Assembly: GCA_005777315.1 (NCBI GenBank)
Contig: SXMN01000367.1
Span: forward strand, 1 to 58,978
Length of the DNA: 58,978 nt
Reading direction: 5' to 3'
From: Verrucomicrobiales bacterium
Lineage (GTDB): Bacteria > Verrucomicrobiota > Verrucomicrobiia > Limisphaerales > F1-12-MAGs170
Shown here: piece by piece, positions 53,466 through 58,978 of the stretch
Layout: each line of letters opens with the position of its first letter
How positions within the stretch are numbered: the first letter of the stretch is position 1
Position numbers and translations under genes: made by a program
Notes under the pieces: model-generated
What the model was told of the DNA's origin: nothing
What the model saw: the letters and a program-made list of their open reading frames with translations, nothing else
The model's database searches: none

Positions 53466-54458
53466 ATGCAGCGTATGACTAATTATGGCACTGCCATCAG
53501 GGACGGATTCGTGTACCTCTTGGCTAATCATCCAGAAGTATTTACCATAGGCCAGGGGTTGTGGAGTCCTTGGTACGTTGGGAATAGCATGACCAACCTT
53601 GATAAAGAATTCGGAAAAGAGCGAGTGATTGACACTCCCGTTTCCGAGTTGGCATGCACTGGCGCAGCCTTGGGAGCGGCACTGGCAGGCAAACGCCCTA
53701 TTGTTATCCACCCCAGAGTTGACTTCGCGCTACTCGCTATCGATCAGATCGTGAACCAGGCCGCTAAATGGTGCCATATGTTCGGGGGGCAAGTTAGTGT
53801 GCCTTTGACCATCAGGGCTATAGTCAATCGTGGTGGAGAGCAAGGAGCCCAACACTCTCAGTCTCTCTACTCATGGTTTGCCCACATCCCAGGGTTGCGG
53901 GTCATCCTGCCTGCCACAGCATCAGACGCGCGTGACCTGCTCGTCGCCAGCGTACTGGGTCGAGATCCAGTCCTCTACATTGACGATCGATGGCTCTATG
54001 AACAGGAAGAAGAGCTGGCTCCAATTCAGATCCTTGATCTGCGTCGCGAGGGTCCTCGACAAACCAGCAAGGGCGAAGACATTACCCTCGTAGGTGCCAG
54101 TTACGCCAGCTTGTTGTGCAAAAAGGCGGACCAGGAACTCAGGAGGAACCACGGAGTGACTTGTGACGTCTTCGACTTGCGGGTCATTAACCCTTTGAAC
54201 TGCGAGACGATTGTCGAGTCTGTTCAGCGCACTGGTCGCCTGTTGGTTGTCGACTGTGACTGGTCGAGTTGCGGACTTGCTGCTGAGGTGATTGCGCAGG
54301 TTGCTGAATGTGTCGAACCGGCAGTGTTGCGATGCCGCCCCGCACGAGTGACCCTTCCGGACGCACCGGCACCTACCAGCTCGGCGCTCGAATCAGCCTA
54401 CTATCCGAAGATGACGACAGTAGTTGAGCGAGCCATGTCCCTGCTAAAGAAAGTCTGA
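53466..54458 (+). CDS. 2-oxoacid dehydrogenase E1 component, beta subunit-like (transketolase-type Pyr and C-terminal domains)
   Basis: 330 aa. DTPVSELACTGAALGAALAG... pattern. 4-nt gaps to both neighbours. Confidence 0.9.
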   Translation: MQRMTNYGTAIRDGFVYLLANHPEVFTIGQGLWSPWYVGNSMTNLDKEFGKERVIDTPVSELACTGAALGAALAGKRPIVIHPRVDFALLAIDQIVNQAAKWCHMFGGQVSVPLTIRAIVNRGGEQGAQHSQSLYSWFAHIPGLRVILPATASDARDLLVASVLGRDPVLYIDDRWLYEQEEELAPIQILDLRREGPRQTSKGEDITLVGASYASLLCKKADQELRRNHGVTCDVFDLRVINPLNCETIVESVQRTGRLLVVDCDWSSCGLAAEVIAQVAECVEPAVLRCRPARVTLPDAPAPTSSALESAYYPKMTTVVERAMSLLKKV

Positions 54459-54462
54459 CGAT

Positions 54463-55209
54463 GTGATCAAGCGTGCTCTAGACATTGGGCTGTCTTTGAT
54501 GGCTTTGTTTTTGGCCGCACCGTTTCTCGGAGCGGCCATGGTAGCAATATGGCTGCAAGACTTCCAATCTCCGGTGTACTTAGCGCGGAGGGTCGGCAGG
54601 AATGGAGCACCCTTCTGGATGTTCAAGCTCCGCACTATGATACCTAATGCAGACCGCAATGGAGTGGACTCCACGTCCATGTCCGACCCACGATTGACTC
54701 GCGTCGGGCGTATTATACGCAAAGTAAAGATCGACGAGATACCACAATTCATCAACGTACTAATCGGTGATATGTCTTTGGTTGGCCCACGCCCAAACGT
54801 CGAAACTGAAACTCGCTATTACACGGCAGTGGAGCAGCGGATGTTGAACCTCCGGCCTGGCATCACAGACATCTCTTCCATCGTATTTTCGGACCTAAAT
54901 CAGATATTAAAAAGTTCCACCAATGCAAATCTCGATTACAGCAGGTATGTCCGTCCTTGGAAGTCCCGTCTAGCATTGCTCTATGTCGATTGCGCCAGTC
55001 TCGATTTGGATATTAAACTAATACTTTTGACAGCCTTGGCTGCAATTTCTAAGTCAAGATCCCTGCAGTTTTTGCAGCTAATCGTCCGCGAACTGGGAGG
55101 CGACGAACAACTTTGCAGAATCGTAGCGCGGCAAGAAGCATTGCCAACTTTCCCGCCGCCTGGCCGCGATACAATTGTCACCGAGGATGAGATTAGAAGA
55201 GGAAACTGA
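54463..55209 (+). CDS. bacterial sugar transferase, small monotopic phosphoglycosyl transferase (PglC/EpsL/WbaP C-terminal type)
   Basis: 248 aa. KRALDIGLSLMALFLAAPF..., FKLRTM, DPRLTRVGRIIRKVKIDEIPQFINVLIGDMSLVGPRP. GTG start. Confidence 0.9.
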   Translation: MIKRALDIGLSLMALFLAAPFLGAAMVAIWLQDFQSPVYLARRVGRNGAPFWMFKLRTMIPNADRNGVDSTSMSDPRLTRVGRIIRKVKIDEIPQFINVLIGDMSLVGPRPNVETETRYYTAVEQRMLNLRPGITDISSIVFSDLNQILKSSTNANLDYSRYVRPWKSRLALLYVDCASLDLDIKLILLTALAAISKSRSLQFLQLIVRELGGDEQLCRIVARQEALPTFPPPGRDTIVTEDEIRRGN

Positions 55210-55239
55210 AGCCATCGAAACCATTTCGCAATCTGGCTA

Positions 55240-56460
55240 GTACTTCGTCAGGCATCAAATGAGGGGTAAAGTTTCTTGAGTTTGCCGCGGGCTTCTTGAG
55301 TGGTGAAGCGCCAGTTGATCTTACAGGCGGGATGATCGCGACGCTTTGTCCAAGCGCCCACTTCCTCCCGCAGGAGGTTCCAGTCTCCGATCCGGCGGTC
55401 TAGGCATTGCCGGTTGAGCACGCTCAATTCAATCTCCGCGATGTTGAGCCAACTGCCATGCTTGGGAGTGTAGTGAAACTCAAAACGTTCCAACAGCCGC
55501 CGGGCGGTGGCCGGTTCAAATGCTTCGTAGAGTGAGGCGGCGGCGTGGGTGTTGAGGTTGTCCTGGACCAGCACGATTTTCTCCGCCGCGGGAAAGTGTT
55601 CCTCGGCCAAGGCGCGCAAGCACTGGGCGTAATCGACACGGGTCTTGCGTTCCCGCACGCTCACTTCCCTCCAGCCCACCAGAGGCGCGCACATCATGAA
55701 CAGACTGGCCACGCCGTGCCGTTCATATTCGTAATCTTCACTGAGGGGTCGGCCCGGCACCGCCGGCAAAGGCAGGCGGGTTTCTTGGACCAGTTGTTTG
55801 GTGGTTTCGTCCAGGCACACCAACGGACGCTTGGGGTCCTCAGGCTGTTGATAGACTTCCAGCACGTCCTCCATCCGGCAGACAAACTCCGCGCTGGCCG
55901 TCGGGGCGATGCACCACTGACGCTTGCGCCAAGGCTTGATCTCGTTGGTCTGCAGCGTCTGGCGCACGGTTTCGTGGGAGATGGAGTCAACGACCTCCAG
56001 TTCGACCAACCGGTCGGCCAGCAGGCGCAGCGTCCAACGCGCACAGCCGGCTGGAGGCGCTCCACACGCTTCGGCAATGAGGCGGGCTTCAGCGGCCCCA
56101 TCCAGGCGGCGCTCATATTCCCGCTCGGGAGCTTTGCGCTCCAAGGCTCGGTCCAACCCTTCTTCCACACAGCGTCGGCGCACACGTTGGACCGTGGCGA
56201 GGGAGATCTCGACCGCTGCGGCAATGTCCAGGTCACACAGGCCACCCTCAGGCCCGTTCTCGTCGGCTTTGAGCAGGATGCGGGTGTGCGATTGACGTGC
56301 CGTCGCACATCGCTGCTTGCGGAGAATGTTCATCAACTTTTCTCGTTCCTGAGGAGCTAGCCGGATGCGGTATTTAATAGGCATCCACTCCAATTAGACA
56401 TGCTTATCAAAAGTACAAGTACAAATTTATCCACCCACCAACTCACGGTTGACGAAGTAA
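55240..56460 (-). mobile_element. IS630-family insertion sequence (1221 bp)
   Basis: Terminal inverted repeat core TACTTCGTCA (55241-55250) / TGACGAAGTA (56450-56459). Flanking TA at 55238-55239 and 56461-56462. Single DDE transposase ORF inside. Confidence 0.8.
55248..56393 (-). CDS. IS630 family transposase
   Basis: 381 aa. N-terminal HTH region and the DDE region VLVQDNLNTH...HYTPKHGSWLNIAEIELS. Confidence 0.9.
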   Translation of the reverse strand: MEWMPIKYRIRLAPQEREKLMNILRKQRCATARQSHTRILLKADENGPEGGLCDLDIAAAVEISLATVQRVRRRCVEEGLDRALERKAPEREYERRLDGAAEARLIAEACGAPPAGCARWTLRLLADRLVELEVVDSISHETVRQTLQTNEIKPWRKRQWCIAPTASAEFVCRMEDVLEVYQQPEDPKRPLVCLDETTKQLVQETRLPLPAVPGRPLSEDYEYERHGVASLFMMCAPLVGWREVSVRERKTRVDYAQCLRALAEEHFPAAEKIVLVQDNLNTHAAASLYEAFEPATARRLLERFEFHYTPKHGSWLNIAEIELSVLNRQCLDRRIGDWNLLREEVGAWTKRRDHPACKINWRFTTQEARGKLKKLYPSFDA

Positions 56461-56464
56461 TAGG

Positions 56465-56911
56465 ATGTTCATGGATGACGTCAGCAGCGCTCCTCTCGGT
56501 TTTCTGCTGGCAGCATTGGCTCTCTGGACTGCAGCCTCGTATGGTGGGTGGTTGCTGCTGCCGCTCGGATTGCTTCACGCGAACTTCGTCCTTGATACGG
56601 CGGTTACATTGATTCGCCGCATCGCTCGTGGGGAGCGTTGGTACGCGCCGCACCGTGAGCATTTTTATCAGCGCCTTGTACGTGCTGGGAAGAGTCACTC
56701 TTGGGTTACAGGGTGGGAGGCAGGCTTGCAGGTTCTTGCTTTGTTGTTGTTGTTGGCTTCGTTGCAAGCAGCTCTTTTGGTCCAAGCATTCCTCTATCTG
56801 AGCGTGGTCCTACTTTGGCTCGGCTTCTTTGCCTACGCGGAAGTGGTTTTCCGTAGATCGCAGGCAATAGAAAGCTCTGCTTCAGCCCATTCCAATGCCC
56901 CAGCCGTCTAG
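56465..56911 (+). pseudogene. C-terminal fragment of a WbpL/WecA (MraY-family, GT4) polyprenyl-phosphate HexNAc-1-P transferase
   Basis: 148-aa ORF starting at the (N)FMDD... motif position and containing NFVLDTAVTLIRRIARGERWYAPHREHFYQRL, typical of WbpL-like C-termini. The ~190 N-terminal residues are absent. Confidence 0.65.
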
Positions 56912-58064
56912 GGTTTCGCTACAACGCATACTACTTTCGGTCCCTCACCTGAGTGGAAAGGAGAGTCGTTATGTTCAGGAGGCACTACATACCGGGTGGG
57001 TATCTACTGTTGGGCCGAGCGTCTCGGCGTTGGAGCAGGAATTCTCAACACTTGCAAAACTCCCGACACTAGCATTGAGCAGCGGTACCGCAGCAATTCA
57101 CCTTGGGCTCAGATTGTTCCGCTTGCGGCCCGATGATGAAGTCATTTGTCCAACACTCACCTTCGTTGCGAGTTGCAACCCGATTCTTTATGAAGGATGC
57201 AAACCTGTTTTCGCGGACAGTGATCGGGAGTCTTGGAACATCGATCCTCAGCGACTTTCCGATACTCTTGGGCAGCGAGCCCGCTCCAACAAGCTCCCGA
57301 AGGCGGTCATCGTGGTGCATTTGTTCGGATTGAGTGCCGACATCGGAAACATACTTGAAATTTGCCGCCGTTACGAGATTCCAGTCCTCGAAGATGCTGC
57401 GGAAGCTCTTGGCGCTACTCACAAAGGGGAACTTGTAGGAACTTTTGGGGATGTCGGTGCGTTTTCGCTTAACGGAAACAAGGTGATAACCAGCGGTGGC
57501 GGCGGCTTGCTCGTCTCACCTAGGAAGGACTGGGTGGACAACGCCCGCCATTGGAGTCAGCAGGCGTGCGATCCGAGCAGTGATGGAAACTACCTTCACT
57601 CTCAAACTGGATACAATTACCGCATGAGCAATGTTCTCGCTGGCATCGCGCGAGGACAGCTTGAGGTGCTGCATGAGCGAGTTGAGGCTCGCAGGGCCAT
57701 TTCTTTTCGGTATAGGGATGCATTGTTGGATGTGCCGGGGCTGGAATTCATGCCTCAGCCGGCGGATGCACGCCATCTCAACTGGCTCAGTTGTTTTCTT
57801 ATCGATGAGGCATTGTTTGGTTGTGACCAAGCTGCGTTGATCAGATTTCTCGATACTGCAAACGTTGAAACTCGCCCTGTTTGGAAACCGATGCACACAC
57901 AGAAACTATTTGAACGATACGAATGCGTCGGGGGCGAAGTGGCTGAGGATCTGAATCGTCGCGGCATCTGTTTGCCGAGTTCGAGTTCGTTGTCGCAAGA
58001 GGATCAGCAGTTCGTCATCGATCGCATTCGCGAAGCGCATTTGAGGGCAACCGGAAAGTGGTAG
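56895..58064 (+). CDS. DegT family aminotransferase, EpsN/PglE type
   Basis: 389 aa. LSVPHLSGKESRYVQEALHTGWVSTVGPSV... and PLP-Lys region FSLNGNKVITSGGGG. Confidence 0.9.
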   Translation: MPQPSRVSLQRILLSVPHLSGKESRYVQEALHTGWVSTVGPSVSALEQEFSTLAKLPTLALSSGTAAIHLGLRLFRLRPDDEVICPTLTFVASCNPILYEGCKPVFADSDRESWNIDPQRLSDTLGQRARSNKLPKAVIVVHLFGLSADIGNILEICRRYEIPVLEDAAEALGATHKGELVGTFGDVGAFSLNGNKVITSGGGGLLVSPRKDWVDNARHWSQQACDPSSDGNYLHSQTGYNYRMSNVLAGIARGQLEVLHERVEARRAISFRYRDALLDVPGLEFMPQPADARHLNWLSCFLIDEALFGCDQAALIRFLDTANVETRPVWKPMHTQKLFERYECVGGEVAEDLNRRGICLPSSSSLSQEDQQFVIDRIREAHLRATGKW

Positions 58065-58071
58065 GCTTCAA

Positions 58072-58725
58072 GTGGCCAAGCTTATCATCATCGGTGCTGG
58101 TGGATTCGGGCGTGAAGTTTTGGAGTGGGCGCTCGACCAACAGGCCGAAAGTTCCGTTTGGAAGGTGATTGGATTTCTGGATTCCAATCCGCATGCCTTG
58201 AATCATTTTGATTGCGATCTGCCAATCCTTGGATCTCCCGAGTCGTTTGCACCTTCACCGAGCCATCTGTTTGTTTGTGCCATCGGAAATCCCGCGGTGC
58301 GCCTGCGAATCGCCGAAATGCTGAGTGCGCTTGGAGCGGCGTTCACTAATGTCATTCATCCATCCGCCTATGTAAGTCGTCGATGCCGCATCGGCGTCGG
58401 TTGTATCATTTGTCCGGGAGCGATCATTTCAGCAAATGCAACTCTGGGAAACCACGTCGTCTTGAACATGCACGGCACGGTCGCCCACGACTCAGTTCTC
58501 GCCCATGGTGCTACTCTTGCCTGTCACGCGGACGTGACCGGCGCTGCCGTTCTGGAACGTGGCGCGATGCTGGGCAGCCATGCCAGTGTCATGCCGCGCG
58601 TGCGCGTTGGTACGTTCGGAATGGTTGGTGCCGGAAGCGTGGCCTACAAGGATGTTCCTCCGCACACCACAGTGGTCGGCGTGCCTGCGCGTCCAGTGCC
58701 TTCGGACAAGCACTCTCGGTTATGA
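58072..58725 (+). CDS. NeuD/PglD/EpsM family sugar N-acetyltransferase (LbH)
   Basis: 217 aa. N-terminal Rossmann-like KLIIIGAGGFGREV plus C-terminal hexapeptide repeats. GTG start. Confidence 0.85.
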   Translation: MAKLIIIGAGGFGREVLEWALDQQAESSVWKVIGFLDSNPHALNHFDCDLPILGSPESFAPSPSHLFVCAIGNPAVRLRIAEMLSALGAAFTNVIHPSAYVSRRCRIGVGCIICPGAIISANATLGNHVVLNMHGTVAHDSVLAHGATLACHADVTGAAVLERGAMLGSHASVMPRVRVGTFGMVGAGSVAYKDVPPHTTVVGVPARPVPSDKHSRL

Positions 58726-58772
58726 ATGAACGCTAATCAGCGGTTTTCAGATGTTTCCACTTACGCGCCAAA

Positions 58773-58978
58773 CTATCGTGTCCATTTTGATCGAGAGTCT
58801 TCGGGAAGAAAATGTTCCCACGCCAGAATCCCCGGAAGCACTAAGGGCGAGCGAAATAATAACTTGAGCAAATAGGCTGGCTTTTGAAACGGATCGAGAG
58901 ATAAGCTCGAAGGATCCGGCTCAAGATCATCATCGCCCAGGTCAGGAGAAAGTATCGGCAATTGTCCGTGCGGATGGA
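58773..58978 (-). CDS. 3' end of an unidentified gene that continues past the window edge (partial)
   Basis: The reading frame of track ORF 58773-58961 stays open to the last base of the window. No family recognised. Confidence 0.25.
   Translation of the reverse strand, partial: HPHGQLPILSPDLGDDDLEPDPSSLSLDPFQKPAYLLKLLFRSPLVLPGILAWEHFLPEDSRSKWTR

Noticed and set aside
52415-54458. Reading the E1 alpha/beta pair as a housekeeping pyruvate, acetoin or branched-chain 2-oxoacid dehydrogenase
   Set aside because: No E2 or E3 genes are adjacent, and the pair is embedded with 4-nt gaps in a glycan operon. This is not fully excluded, because E2/E3 could be encoded elsewhere.
55545-56360. 271-aa plus-strand ORF inside the IS
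   Set aside because: Antisense to the IS630 transposase, which has the diagnostic DDE region.
1-58978. CRISPR arrays, rRNA genes, large tandem repeats
   Set aside because: Scanning the non-coding stretches (10727-11431, 14019-14398, 26226-26965, 31711-32012, 33814-34088, 49289-49451) showed no regularly spaced repeats or rRNA-like sequence.

Overview
Bacterial chromosomal segment, probably from a PVC-group organism (Verrucomicrobiota/Planctomycetota). That placement is inferred only from a PSCyt/DUF1549/DUF1553 giant protein and the general gene style. Layout: (1) 321-6617, minus-strand glycan block with two glycosyltransferases, a Wzx-like flippase and three methyltransferases. (2) 7098-10726, a divergent, translationally coupled pair: an adenylase fused to a carrier protein, plus an unusual ThDP enzyme. 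(3) 10782-20865, a tRNA-Ser(CGA) integration hotspot. It holds a decayed integrase remnant with a displaced tRNA 5' half, then an intact ~9.7 kb integrative element. The element carries integrase, an excisionase-like HTH protein, a VirE_N-type primase/helicase, a PriCT-like protein, a possible small terminase, HigBA, DUF433/DUF5615 and an Asp-box exported protein. (4) 20943-28062, ordinary genes: M42 peptidase, a His-rich metal transporter, the PSCyt/DUF1553 protein, a GbsR/MarR-like regulator and a membrane protein. (5) 28104-58725, a ~30 kb plus-strand O-antigen/EPS-type locus. It encodes a near-complete UDP-2,3-diacetamido-2,3-dideoxy-(gluc/mann)uronate pathway: WbpP-, WbpA/O- and WbpE-like enzymes, a WbpB-WbpD fusion, and a WbpI/WecB-like epimerase. 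It also carries acetamidino (WbpG-like + HisH/HisF) and amidation (AsnB-like) functions, a second oxidoreductase/acetyltransferase/aminotransferase triad, and Wzx and Wzy-like proteins. Further genes are glycosyltransferases, a methyltransferase, an aldo-keto reductase with an orphan ThDP E1 alpha/beta pair, and an EpsL/N/M (PglC/E/D)-like module. This locus is interrupted by a three-gene AlbA_2-ATPase/MNT/HEPN cassette whose HEPN gene is frameshifted, and by an antisense IS630 element next to a truncated WbpL/WecA-like gene. No rRNA or CRISPR array was seen. All family assignments come from motif recognition by eye; no database search was run.
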